This document shows positions 48,794 to 61,556 of a stretch of DNA of 64,000 nt, one piece after another. The notes below the pieces were generated by a model. That model ran no database searches and was not told the origin of the DNA. It saw only the letters and a program-made list of their open reading frames with translations. The position numbers and the translations under genes were made by a program. The stretch's first letter is position 1. Each line of letters starts with the position of its first letter. Source of the stretch: Dictyostelium discoideum. Taxonomy: Eukaryota. The stretch is taken from contig CM000151.3 of assembly GCA_000004695.1 (NCBI GenBank), forward strand, positions 5,824,001-5,888,000, given 5' to 3'.

Positions 48794-51615
48794 TTAATCA
48801 GTTGATTTTTTTGATTTTCTTAAATAATGATAATTATTTTGTAATTTTTTAGTTAAAACTTTTTTACCAGTTTCACCTGATAAAAGTAATAATAATAAAA
48901 GCATACCAATTAAAACTAAACCAATCATTGGTAATAAAGTTGAATAAGTACCTTTTTCAGTTACAAAAATATGATATCCACTTAGAGTAGTGATTAAGAA
49001 ATCATTTATACCATCATTATTAAAATCTGCTACGACTGGTGGTGCTGTGATTGGATCACTTTCACCAGCATTCCAAATTTGTTGATCAACTAAAATCTCA
49101 CCATTTTCATTTAATATTACCATTGATTGTTCACCAATTGCTAAAATGAATGGTTGAGTTGATTGAATATCAAATGAAAATACTTGTAATGATGGGAAAG
49201 TTCTTGGTTCCAAATGTTTACTCCAATGAATTCCAGTATCAACTCTCCAAATCTTTTTACCACCAAAAGATGCAGTATCGAAACAACTAATTAAACCAGT
49301 ATTAACCATAAACAATGTTGATAATCTATCACTGTTACTTGATCTAAAGAATACTGGTGGTACAGTTTGAATCTCTTTTTCACTCTTTGACATTGTTGAT
49401 GATGATTTTTGATTTTTTAATAACTTATCATCTGCCATCTTTTTCTTTTTTGGTTTTTGTTGTTTTTGTTGTTTTTGTTTCATTTTATTTTCTTCTAAAA
49501 TACCTGCATCTTGTTCTTCCTCTTCCTCCTCCCCCTCTGTGTCATCACCAAGACCAACACCTTCATGTTCAGTATTTCTTTTATTAAGATTTGAATCTTT
49601 CCATAAATAATAATCCATATTAAATATTTGACCACCACAGATTTTTAAATCAAATAAAGTTTCTTTTGGTGGTAAACCTGATAAAGCCAAGCCAACACAA
49701 TAAGAATCTTCATTATTATCATCACCAATATTTTTATTTTTTTTATTACGACCTAATTGACTATTTTTAAAATTGCCAGCATAAGATCTAACTTGGTCTA
49801 AAACACCATCACCATTTAAATCTAAATATACAATATATCTATTACTATCTGTATAGAAATCTGTACCATCTAATACTAATTTACATAAGGTTTTACCACT
49901 AACTATATGTATAACTTCAATGCCATATTTATGATGTGTAACTATAACATTTGGATTCTCTATATGTTGACTTTTAAATGAAATTTGATCTTTTTTTGAT
50001 AATATTGAAAATGTATCAAAATTCTTTGAATAAAATTCAATCACTTATAAATAAAATATATATATATTAATAAATAAATCTAAATTAAATATATAATATA
50101 TTAAAAATCATATATCTATTTACTTTCATTATTTAATGTATTTGATGAACCAATTAAACCATTTATAACATTTGTACCATCATTATTTGTAGTACCTCTA
50201 ATTGTATTTATTTTCTTTTCAAAATGTCTTGGTTCAAGTTTTGTATCAAAATTACTTGACCATTTGTGTGGTAATGATGCTAAAATTGAATCTCTATAAG
50301 TTTTCCAATCGACTTCACCTAAATGTTCTAATTGACTAAAAATATGTTGTTTAAAACTATGCAATGATATATCCTAAAAATTAAAATTATTTAAAATTAA
50401 TATTAATTAATTATTAAATATAAATAAATAAATAAATAAAAATGAAATTTACAGAATCTTTTTTATGTTCTTCAGTTGTATGTGGATTTTCAGGTTTGAA
50501 ATCATTTTCTTCATGACTCCATCTTTTATAACCATCTTTACAATCATATGAAAAATAAGAGAAATGATTTTCTTCACGATGAGCTGTAAAACTATCATGG
50601 TCATCATCTCTTTTATGGTCATGATCTTTATCAGTTTCAACTTTTTCTCCAAACATTGGTATACTATAATGTGGTTTATGAATTACACCTGGTAATGGTT
50701 CCATTCTTCCACCAATAATTACAATACCTTTATCATCTGGTATTGTTGTTGGTAAAATTGTAATTGATATTTCACTTTATTTATATTTTTTTTTTTTTTG
50801 GAAATAAAATAATATTAATTAGTTAAATGGTAATTTGATGAATAAATATTAAATAAATATTTAAATATATATTAATATATATATATATATTTACGATTGA
50901 TAATGACCAGGTAAAACTTCATCAGAAGCATAACTTTCCCATAATTTTTTTAATTTATTATCAAAACATAATACTGCCCAACCATCTGTAACTACTACTA
51001 TAATTTGTTGTCTCCTTTCACCCGGAATTGAATGTTTTGCATAACCAGTTTTAATTGCAATTGGTCTTCTACCAGTTGCTAAACCAACATCCGATAATAA
51101 TGATGATTCATATAAAACTGGTAATTCAAGTAAACTATTTTGGTCATTATCATTTTCATTTTCATTTTCATTTTCATTTACATTTACACCAAATCTAAAT
51201 TTCTCTATATTATTTGGTGTAACTGTATCTAAAATTCGGATTTTAAAATCATTTGTAACATATATAATTTCTAACAATAGAAACTTAAAATAGAAAATAA
51301 AAATAAAAAAATAAAAACCAATGAAAACCAATGAAAAAAATAATATCGATTTGTTAATATAAATAAACAATCAATTTTTGGGAAAAATTAAATATAAAGT
51401 TTTTTTTTTTTTACCATTGAACCCATCTCCATTTAAATCTGTAATAATTGGTAATGGTAAAAATTCATTTATTTTTGGATAATGAGAATTTTCATAATTG
51501 TTTGTATCAATTGGTATTTCTAATAACAAGTTTAATTTATAATCTTTTTGTCTATACAAAGAAATAAATACAACTAAAATACTAACTAATAATAACCATG
51601 TATCTCTTTTTCTCA

Positions 51616-51616
<1 letters not shown>
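48794..51616 (-). CDS. Type I membrane protein with FG-GAP-like repeats (of the integrin-alpha beta-propeller type). It has a signal peptide and one C-terminal TM helix, and is about 799 aa. There are five exons, 51616..51415, 51270..50895, 50774..50453, 50373..50124 and 50043..48794.
   Basis: The N-terminal signal peptide is MRKRDTWLLLVSILVVFISLY. The repeated Ca-binding-like motifs are DLNGDGFN, DLNGDGVLD and DFNNDGINDF. The C-terminal TM helix is LLPMIGLVLIGMLLLLLLL followed by a short basic tail. Donors are G|GTAAAA, TC|GTAAAT, TCT|GTAAAT and A|GTAAAT, and the phases are consistent across all junctions. Resemblance to ITFG1 (TIP/linkin) is a tentative inference. Confidence 0.55.
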
Positions 51617-51652
<36 letters not shown>

Positions 51653-51885
51653 TGTGTTATATTAATTTTTGAAATATGGTTTAATTTAAAAAAAAAAAAA
51701 AAAAAAAATTAAAAAAATTAAAAAAAAAAAAAGAAAAAAAAAAAAATGAAATTTTCAAAAAGTTGTTTTGTGATGATGATCACGATGTTATATTTCATTT
51801 TTATTTTTTAATTATTGATTAATATTAAAATTTTAAAAAAAATAAAATTCTGTGGGGCATCAATATCATAAAATCATTGTTCATA

Positions 51886-51924
<39 letters not shown>

Positions 51925-52029
51925 ACTTTCCAAAATTTATTTGGTTCCTTTAAAACTTCAATTCTCAAACCATACATTTTTGAATTTGTTTTTTTAAGAT
52001 TAATTTATTATTTTTTTATTTTATTTTTT

Positions 52030-52069
<40 letters not shown>

Positions 52070-52468
52070 GTATTTCTTTAAAGATAGATATTAGAAAGAA
52101 AATAAAAAATAACAATAAAATAATAATAATAAAATAAAATTAATATAAATAAAATAAAACAAAACAAAACAAAATAAATTAAACGATCAAAAGTAAAAAA
52201 AAAAAAAAATTTGTAAAATTAAAATAGTCAAACAATTGCTTGATCAAAAAATAAAAATAAAAATGAAAAAAAAAAAAAAAAATGGTAAAAATAAAATAAA
52301 AAAGAAAAAACCGAATTTCGAAGACGAAAGAAAAATAATGCCGGGCAATTATTTTTAATATGGTAGGATTTTTTTTTTTGAAAAAAGTTTTTTTTTTTTT
52401 TAATTTTTTTTTTTTTTTTTTCGACTCTCGCCGTGCAAAATTTTTTTGACGCCCAAATTTTTTTTTTT

Positions 52469-52490
52469 TCTCTTTTGTTTTCTCAGCCAA
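52469..52490 (+). promoter_or_regulatory. Oligopyrimidine (TOP-like) tract, ctcttttgttttctcagcc, just upstream of the putative rpl13a start codon. Unusual GC-containing motifs precede it at 52300..52460.
   Basis: The pyrimidine tract lies about 20-40 nt upstream of ATG 52511 in otherwise A/T-homopolymer DNA. Upstream of it are cgactctcgccgtgcaaaa, gacgcccaaa and ccgaatttcgaagacgaaag. Confidence 0.3.
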
Positions 52491-52510
52491 TTTTTTAAAA
52501 CAGATACATA

Positions 52511-53654
52511 ATGTTCCAAAAGGTATTACACTTTTTTTTATTTATTTGTACTTTTTTTTTTAAAAAAAAAAAAAAAAATATAAAATAATAAAATAATTAA
52601 AATAACAATAATAATAAAAAATAAAAATATAATAAATAATAAACAAAAAAAAATAAATAATAAAAAAAATAAAAACGATCAATTTTTTTTTTTTTTTTTC
52701 TTCACCACACCACACTCAATATTTAGCAAAAAAAAAAAAAAAAAAAGAAAGATGGAGATGATCACTTTATTTTTTTCTTGTAAACAAATAAATTAAAGTT
52801 GGACGATGAAATGAATTAAAATACGAAAAAAAAAAAAAAAAAAAAATTAGAGCATTAAAAAAAAAATATATATATATATATATATGAGAGAACAGGTTAT
52901 TATTGATAAATTTATGATAGGTTATGCAAAATTTCAAAATAAACCTATGTTGGATTTTTTCAAAAATAATAATAAAATGCCGAAAAAAAAATATAAGAAT
53001 AATCATATAAATTTTCACACCAACTCTAAATAATCAAAAAAAAAAACGAATAAAAAAAAAACTAATTCAAAAATTTATTTTTTTATTTTAAAAACAAAAT
53101 AGAAAGCAATTGTTATTGATGGCAAAGGTCATTTGTTAGGTCGTTTAGCCTCCGTTGTTGCTAAATCCCTCCTCTCTGGTCAAAAGATCGTTGTTGTCCG
53201 TTGTGAAGAGCTCAACATCTCAGGTCCATTATCACGTAACAAATTAAAATGGGCTGATTTCCTCAACTTAACCATGAACACCAATCACGCTCGTGGTCAC
53301 AGACACGGTAGATCACCATCAAAGATCTTCTGGAGAGCTGTCAGAGGTATGTTACCACACAAAACCCCACGTGGTCAAGCTGCCCTCGATAACATGAAAG
53401 TTTTCGAAGGTGTCCCAGCCCCATACGATAAAGTCAAGAGAGTTGTTGTCCCATCTGCTCTCCGTGTTGTCAAATTAAACACCACCCGTAAATACACCGT
53501 CTTATCTCGTTTATCCCAAGAAGTCGGTTGGAAATACAGAGCTGTTGTTGCCAAATTAGAAGTCCAAAGAAAACAAAGATCTTCAACTTATTACCGTAAA
53601 GCTGCTTTAGTCAAAGCCTACAGAACTCAAGCCTTAAAGAAATTCTCTGCTTAA
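52511..53654 (+). CDS. rpl13a: 60S ribosomal protein L13a (uL13). Exon 1 is 52511..52522 (MFQK) and exon 2 is 53103..53654.
   Basis: [80 protein letters not shown] aligns with human RPL13[80 protein letters not shown]. Conservation extends upstream of Met 53133 to an in-frame TAG at 53100-02, which doubles as the acceptor AG, so a short 5' exon is required. The best candidate is ATGTTCCAAAAG|GTATTA at 52511, giving an intron of about 580 nt. That exon assignment is the uncertain part. Confidence 0.7.
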
Positions 53655-53841
53655 ATTAAAAATCTTGAAACATAATAAATGATTTTTTGCTTTAAAAAAA
53701 ATAACAATTATATAAAAAAAAAAAAAAAAAAAATTTTAAAAAAAATAACTATGGTTTTAAAAGATTTATTTATTTTATTATAATTTTTTTTTTTATAATA
53801 TTCTTTAATTATTATTATTATTATTATTTTTTTTTTTTTTT

Positions 53842-56618
53842 TTAATATCTTGAAATTGAATTTGATCTTGAGGATGATGTTTGTTGTGGTATTATAAATT
53901 GTGGTTGAGTTAATTGACGAGTTAATTGTCTTCGTTGGTCAACTTGTTTTGGAGCACCTGAAGGTAAAACTCTTTTAATATTTTTCTTTTTATGAAATAG
54001 AATAGCGAAATGAATATAAATTGAGCCGATTGCAAATGCAATTATTATAGTGGTAATGATAATCATTGAATCTGCAGTAGGGGAGGTTGAGTCGAATTGA
54101 ATCCATGGAGTTAAATAGGAAAAAGCATATCCACCACCACTTTTACCAGCAATAGTAATATTTATAAACATTATTTGATTCAATAGATGTTTGTCTGCGG
54201 TGGGTGGTAGTGTACATGCGATTGCATTTGAAGATATGAATTTACTATCAATACATTGAACAGGACCAATATGAATATTATCGATTATATCATAAAAACA
54301 ATCACCAAAAATAACCAATTCACCACCATCTAAATATAAAGAATTTGAAGCCAATGCTATTGGTTGTTGAAATGAAACATAAACTGGTATATTGGTTTTA
54401 TTTTCAAAAGTGAGTGTACAAAATTGATCATAAGGTCCATCTAATTGAACTGGGCAAGAGATGGTTTTATAATCAATTAAATTACATTTAGGGAATGTCT
54501 TATTCCCACATTCGATTGATACTACACCACTTGATGCAAAGAATTTACCATTTACAATTACAGCATCATTTGGACTGTTATTATGAAATCCTTCAGCAAC
54601 ATTTGAAAAGTAAACCGCATTTATAATATAAAATGTATCTGCACTATCACCACATGAATTGATAGTTAAATGACCACTAACATAATTATCATAGGTATAG
54701 AATGTGAATTCAGTATCGGTTATATTGATTGGTGTAATGGTTGAGTTTGAAAATTGAATAATAACTTGCTTATCAAAGTAAGATCCACCAAAATTTGTAC
54801 CAGTACATAAGGTAATATTAGTCTCTGGTGAGTATGTACAATTTGCATAGCTTGGTTGTAGTGATGTAACGGTGCCATTATAAGTTTGATTTCCAATTTC
54901 ATATTGTAGAGATTGAACACCACAGACGCCGGGGAAATTATTGAAAATATAGGTTGAGCTTCCATCATCTTTTAATTCTTTGGAGTTATCATCACCAACA
55001 AAGGTTTCACCATTGATTGTAATTTTTGGGTTTATACTATCCAAACTTTGGAAATAATATTTAAAATGTGTTGCATGAGGAGAGTTTAAAATTGCATCAC
55101 TGGGTGTAACATAAAGTTGTAATGGGATATAATATCCAGCAGTATAACCATATGCCTTAACTTGAACAAGAGTTTCACCTGCATAGTTTCCAGGAATCAC
55201 AAAAATAATAGAAGTTTCATAAGTATTTACTTGATAAGAGGTTACCGAAGATGTTCCTCCGATTACAATTTCTGTTTTATTATCACTACCAAAACAATCA
55301 CCATACAATGTTATGATGTTTGTATTTTGTGTTGATTTTATAATTGAAATTTCATTATAATTAAAGGTAATATTATTTGATGACATGATATTACCCACCA
55401 CAACGCTTAATTGAATTGGTTTTTCATAGCCAGGTTGAAGATCACATAAAATATAGGATGGAGTAGAAGCAGTGACATTCCAACTACTCTCAAAACTTAG
55501 AATAGTATTATGTTGAATACCTGGTGGTGTAGTTAATCTTATACCTTTGATGGTTATTTTTCCACCAATTGCGCCTGGTACAGAGTTTACATTATATAAA
55601 ATGGGTGAAAATATTATTGCTTGATTTACTAGTGTTTGTACATTTGAACCAAATGTTACAGAGAAATATAATATCTCACAATATAAAACTTGACTAACAT
55701 CAAGTTCAATAGAGGTTGATTTAATTTTAACTTTGTCTGTTTGTAATACACCACCAAGATAAACTGATAGTATTGAATTGGTTTTATTACAAAAGTTTGA
55801 ACCATTTATAATAATATTATACCCATCAAATGATAATGTACTGGGTGTAACTGTTGGTGCTATATAATTGAATGATAATGGTTTTGATCCACTTGGCCAT
55901 TTAATTGAATCTTGACCACAACCTGATGGAATATTTATAATCATTTGAGTTGGATCCAAATGAATTGGTGAATTGAAATTTGCTATACCACCACTTGAAA
56001 GTTGAAAATAATTTGAATCATTACCAACTATAAATATAATAAATGAACCAACCAATGTTATTGATGTACCATCTACTGGAATTGAAGGTATTGTTGAGTT
56101 TATAATTGGTGTTGGATAATGTGATGGTTGTAATATTCCTTGACATTTTTCAGTACTACTGCCATCCATATAACATGGCATACCACTTATACCATATAAT
56201 TCATTCATTGGTGGTGTTCCATTATTTGTATATGTACAGCTTTTTATTGTTGCATTATTCGTACATTGAAAACTCATTTCAGTTATATTACCATCTGCTT
56301 TTGTTATTTCCCATTTTGTATAATAATTTGGATCATTTAAATCCCAATCAAATGTAATTGAATTTTCTGTATTTCTAAATCCTAAAAATAAAAAAAAAAT
56401 TTTAAAAAAAAATTAAAAAAATATAACATTTAATTAATAAATTGTTTTTATTTATTTATTTTTTTTTTTAATGTTATTATCAAAAAAAAAAAAAAAAAAA
56501 AGTCTAAAAAAAAGTCTAAAAAAAAAAACAATTAAAATTTACCTTTTGGAAAAAATGTTTGACAAAATATTGGCACAATAGTAAAAACTATTAAAAAAAA
56601 TGAAAATTTTAAATTCAT
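53842..56618 (-). CDS. Type I transmembrane glycoprotein with repeated IPT/TIG-like domains, about 871 aa. It resembles the Dictyostelium Tgr (tiger) family. The exons are 56618..56543 (the signal peptide) and 56381..53842.
   Basis: Exon 1 encodes MNLKFSFFLIVFTIVPIFCQTFFPKG, ending at the donor G|GTAAAT, and the acceptor is TTTTTAG. Many N-x-S/T sites are present. IPT-like signatures are SPILYNVNSVPGAIGGKITIKGIRL, APTVTPSTLSFDGYNIIINGSNF and VIVNGKFFASSG. The C-terminal TM helix is IIITTIIIAFAIGSIYIHFAILF followed by a cytoplasmic tail. The family call is an inference from these motifs. Confidence 0.6.
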
Positions 56619-56698
56619 TTAATTTATAACATATATAAAATAAAATAAAATAAATAAATAAATATTACAATGTTTTTCACAAGACTTTTTTTTATGTG

Positions 56699-56759
<61 letters not shown>

Positions 56760-57214
56760 TTGTTACTACTTCTAAATTAAAATATTAACTACCCTTAAAA
56801 AAAGAAAAAAAGAAAAAAAAAAATTAAAAAAATAAAATTAAACAAAATAAATAATTTCAATCAAACCACAAAAATTTTCCCACACCAAAACACACAAAAA
56901 CCTAAAATTAACTAAAAATCTTTTTTTTTACCACAGCGGTTAGGGGTTTGTGTTGTATTTTTTTAAATACATTAAATTTTTATATTATTATTTTTATTAT
57001 TTTATTTTCTATTTTTTTTTGATTTTGATTTTGTAGTTTTATATCACATTTTCTTTTTTTAAATTTTTTAATTTTTTTAATTTTTTTATATCCTAAAAAT
57101 TTTTTTAAACTAAAAACTGGTTCAACCTTTAAATTAGATGATTGAATTTATTCGTACAATTAATACATTTAACCACATTCACCTAAATTTCACACATTGA
57201 TACCTTAATGCTTT

Positions 57215-57265
<51 letters not shown>

Positions 57266-57475
57266 TTTCCAAAAATATAAAAAATTCTATTTTTAGAATT
57301 TTCATACATGTGACATAATTTCATCAAGATTCGATCGATCTTAAAATGAATTAATTTTTTTTTTTTTTTTTTATAAAAACATTAGTAACTATTTAATTTT
57401 ACCAACTTCGAGTATAATATTAAATATTTTAAAACACACAGATATCAGTTTTTAAAACAATTTTACTATCTATCT

Positions 57476-58285
57476 TTATTTTTTTTTATAAAAAAAGAAT
57501 CCCATTGTTATTTTATTGTATTTAGAACATGGTTGTCTTGAAGTTTGGTCATCTCCATCTGAGTAATAAATCCTATTTCCATTTAGTTGGCAACCACCAT
57601 TAGAATGATATTTATATTTCGTTTGTTTGAGTTCACCAACAAGTCCTATAATAAGTTTACCATCATACCTTTTTAATCCAACCAACTGATCATTGGTGTT
57701 ACTAGGAGTCAATATTTCTCTATAAAATATTTTCACATATGTTTCATAACCTTGATTATAATATTCTGAAAGATCACCCATTAAAGTAACCCAATCTCTT
57801 TCACAATTTACATACAGTTCATGTAAAACACGTCTGATTTGATCATAATCATTGAATCGATTGATAATATTACATGATTTATTTGTAGGGTGTATAACAT
57901 TGTTGTTCGTCTCCCTTAACTTTTGTTCTAAATTAATATAAGCATCAGTATCAACATCAGAAGGTTCCTCTTGGTTATTACTCTTATTGTTGTTTTTATT
58001 TTGTTCATTTAAATAATATTTATCATATAAATCCTTAATATTTGGAATTTCCATTTTCTTTTCATTATAAAAAACCTTAATTAAAGAAAATGTCAATATG
58101 GCTTGATTTTCATATATGTTATATTGAGATGGATGGTGACTCGACATAACCAAAACCTTATTTTTTTCGAAACACATAATAAATGATGGGAAACCTAAAC
58201 CTGTTTTTTTATTATAGTTTATATTATTCTCTTTGCTATTGGTCTTTCTTCAAGTTGTGATTTATCAATTGATAAACTATTAATA

Positions 58286-58371
<86 letters not shown>

Positions 58372-58994
58372 AATATTATTATTAATATTATTATTAATAT
58401 TATTATTAATATTATTATTATTATTAATATTATTATTATTAATATTATTATTTTTATTATTATTAATAATATTATTATTATTACTATTATTATTAGTAGT
58501 AGTGGTAGTAGCAGTAGCAGTAATAGAAATTTCATTAAAATGTTTAATTAGTGGTTCTATTTTATGTTCATCTGATTTTATATTTATATTCTTAAATTCT
58601 TTATTTAATTGATTCAACCATTCATCTGTTTTTTTTTTTGTTTTTGTGCAATTATCAAAATGTATTTTTAATGCTTGTAAATATTTTAAATAAAGTTATA
58701 TGTTAGTATTTTATTTTAAAATCCTTAATACTAATAATATATTTATATATATATATATATATATATATTAATATGTACAATTTATATTAATGCAATTTTT
58801 GATGGTTTTAATTTTTTCAAAATTTTCCATGAAGCTTTTATGTGTTATTAAAACTATTTTATTATATCTTCTTTATATCGAATGTTAATAATTCTTGAAA
58901 TTGTTACATTGTAATTATTTTCAAAATCATTTGATATGATATATTCTTGTACATTTAATTGTATTTTTACATCATCTTTGCTTTGTGGTACCAT
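57476..58994 (-). pseudogene. Gene of unknown function that appears disrupted. A 29-codon 5' exon at 58994..58908 (MVPQSKDDVKIQLNVQEYIISNDFENNYN|GTAACA) is followed by a poly-N exon at about 58695..58219 and then by a 233-codon 3' ORF at 58177..57476, which is out of frame with the poly-N exon by one nucleotide.
   Basis: The poly-N segment opens with a TTG in the ORF track and has no in-frame ATG, so it needs an upstream exon. However, no phase-compatible acceptor exists for the phase-0 donors of the 5' mini-exon. The poly-N frame and the downstream frame (ENNINYNKKTGLGFPSFIMCFEKNKVLV...) overlap by only about 37 nt (58256-58219), and no intron is possible between them, so a 1-nt indel is required. 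The only C-terminal sequence that looks non-repetitive is ..NCERDWVTLMGDLSEYYNQGYETYVKIFYREILTPSNTNDQLVGLKRYDGKLIIGLVGE.. Confidence 0.35.
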
Positions 58995-59439
58995 TTTATA
59001 ACACTATACAATTATTTTTATGATTGAAAAAATTTAAATCAGAAATAATTGGAAAAAAAAAAAGTTTTTATAAAAAAAAAAAAAAAAACTTTTTATTAAA
59101 AATTAAAAAAAAATAAAAAATAAATCTAATTTTTTTGTTAAATTTATAAGAAAATTTTAAAAACAATATTAAGTTATTAAAAATTAAAAATGAAAAAAAA
59201 AAAATAATATTAATTGTAGTTTTAAAATGATACTTTTGATTTCTATTTTTTTTATTTTTAAACTATTTTTAATGTTTCAAGTTGATTATTTAAATCAAAT
59301 CAATTTTTATATTATTTAGAAATTAATTTTTTAAATGTTTTATTTATTTTTTGATTTTTTGATGCACATAATTATTTTAAAAAAACATCTCAATTCTAAA
59401 AAGTTTACTAACATATTTGAATTTTTTTTTTTAAAATAA

Positions 59440-60075
59440 AAAAATAAATAAAACAATCAAAAAATTATCTCTGAAAATATAAAAATTCTTTTTTAAGAAT
59501 TTCATACATTTCACATAAAATTTCAGATTCAATTGGCCTTAAATTAATTTTTTTTTTTTTTTTTTTTTTTCTTAAAAAAATTAAAATAAGATGTTGAAAA
59601 AATGTTTTAACAACTTGAATATAATTTTAAATATTTTTAAACACAATAATTTCAGTTTTTAAAACAATATTACTATTTAATATTGGATCCCATAATTATT
59701 TTATATTTTTCAATTTGTGAAGGCAAAAAAATTCATTCTAATGGTGGTTCCATGTTCTAAAGTTTTTGGTCAACTTCATCTGAGAAATAATACTTAATTC
59801 CATTTAGTTTGGAACCACCATTAGAATGAATTTTTTTGACTTCACTTGAAAAAAGTCCTTTAATAAGTATACCATCATACCTTGTTAATCCAACCAACTG
59901 ATCATTGGTGTTTCTACATTGTATTTATTTTTAAAATCTTTTGAATTGATTCTTTCTTGTACATTTAATTTTATTTCTACATGATCTTTGATTTTTCCTG
60001 CCATTTATAATACTATATAGTTTTTTTATGATTGAAAAAATTTAATCAGAAAAAATTGCAAAAAAAAAGTTTTTT
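59440..60075 (-). pseudogene. Truncated, diverged tandem duplicate of the 57.2-59.0 kb gene. The 3' flank, the last ~50 codons and the 5' mini-exon are retained, and the whole middle is deleted.
   Basis: Segment 59445-59700 is about 75% identical to the 3' flank at 57245-57480. Segment 59720-59930 matches the gene's 3' coding end at 57520-57720 (TNDQLVGLTRYDGILIKGL..HSNGG vs TNDQLVGLKRYDGKLIIGL..HSNGG). Segment 59930-60070 matches 58930-59040, including a mutated start exon (MAGKIKDHVEIKLNVQERINSKDFKNKYN vs MVPQSKDDVKIQLNVQEYIISNDFENNYN). Stops follow shortly after each block. Confidence 0.55.
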
Positions 60076-60721
60076 AAAAATGAACAAAAAAAAAATTAAA
60101 TTTAAATCTTATTTTTTATTCTTAAGAATTTACAAAAACATTGAAAAGTTTCGTAACAACTCAACCAATTTAAAATATATTCGGTAATCAATCTCAAGTC
60201 ATTGCAAAAAAAAAAATATAATGCTTTGTATGACTAATGAATATTATTTTAATATTTAAAGATATAAAAAAAAAAAAAAAAAAATTTTAAATATTGGATT
60301 AATATTAATATTTATATGTCCTCGATTTACATTGCTTTTTTTTATTTATATCTTTAAATATTAAAAACAAAAAAAAAAAAAAAAATTAAAAAAAAAAAAA
60401 CCCCACTAACACACCCCCTTTGATATTTTCAAAATAAAACTTGAAGAAAAAAATTAAATTAAAAAATTGTTTTTAGATATTTATTCTCAACTATTCATTT
60501 ATTTTTATTTAATTTTATTTTTAATTTTTATTTTTATTATTTTTTTTTTTTTTTTTTTTTTTTTTAATTGAAATCCCTTTTGAATTAATTTTTTCTAATT
60601 TTTTTTTTTTTTTATTATTATTTTTTTTTTATTCTAATTTCATCTATCTATATATATGGTAATAAATTAAAAAAAAAAAAAAAATTATTCCAGTTTTTTT
60701 AAAGATTTTCCATCTTCAAAA

Positions 60722-61495
60722 ATGAATTATTTATTTAATATTTTTGAAGAAGAGAAACCAATTAAAAAAGCCCCCATTATAACAGAGGAATGTTATAGAA
60801 ATGGATACCATCCGAGTAAATGGGAATTAGCACAAGTATTATTGAATGGTATTTGGAAACCTTATAAATTCAAAAGTTATATGCAATATAAATCAAGAGA
60901 ACGTTTAAATTTACAAGCAGATACCCAATGTCCAGATGCAATACTATTGGATGACCAAACCAACCAAGAGGTATCATTATATGATTTATTTAATAGTAAT
61001 AATAATGAAAAATCAGTGCAAGATAGACCAATGGTATTAATTTGTGGTAGTTTCACCTGACCCCCATTCCGCGACAAGATGTGTATGTTTCAAGACATCT
61101 TTGTCGATTTTAAAGAGTGGGTTGATATTTATATTGTTTATTTGAAAGAGATACATCCAGCTGATGAATGGTATATTGGTGGTGATGAAATTAGTCTATG
61201 TTATCGTCAACCTAAAACAATGGAAGATAGAAGGGAAATAATCAAAGATTTGAAAGAGTATGCTCCATTTTGTACAATTCCATTCTTAATTGATAAAATG
61301 GATAATAATTTCAATAAAGTTTATGACGCAGTTCCAGAAAGGTTATATGTTTTAGAAGATAAAAAATTCAAATATGTTGGTGGTCCTGGCCCATTTGGTT
61401 TCATACCTGAAGAATTACGTGAATTTTTAACAAAACGTTATAAACCACATTTATTAGATCTTAAAAATAATTTATCAATACCACCATCCCAATAA
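60722..61495 (+). CDS. dio3: Iodothyronine deiodinase-like selenoprotein of about 257 aa. It is a single exon with an in-frame UGA at 61058..61060 read as selenocysteine.
   Basis: ORFs 60722..61060 and 61079..61495 are in the same frame and separated only by TGA. The context VLICGSFT-U-PPFRDKM matches the deiodinase active site FGSCT-U-PPF of vertebrate DIO1-3. The thioredoxin-fold deiodinase core continues downstream (..EWYIGGDEISL..TIPFLIDKMDNNFNKVYDAVPERLYVLEDKKFKYVGGPGP). The gene symbol is from memory of a described Dictyostelium deiodinase selenoprotein and is tentative. Confidence 0.8.
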
Positions 61496-61509
61496 GTTAA
61501 AAATTTATA

Positions 61510-61549
<40 letters not shown>

Positions 61550-61556
<7 letters not shown>

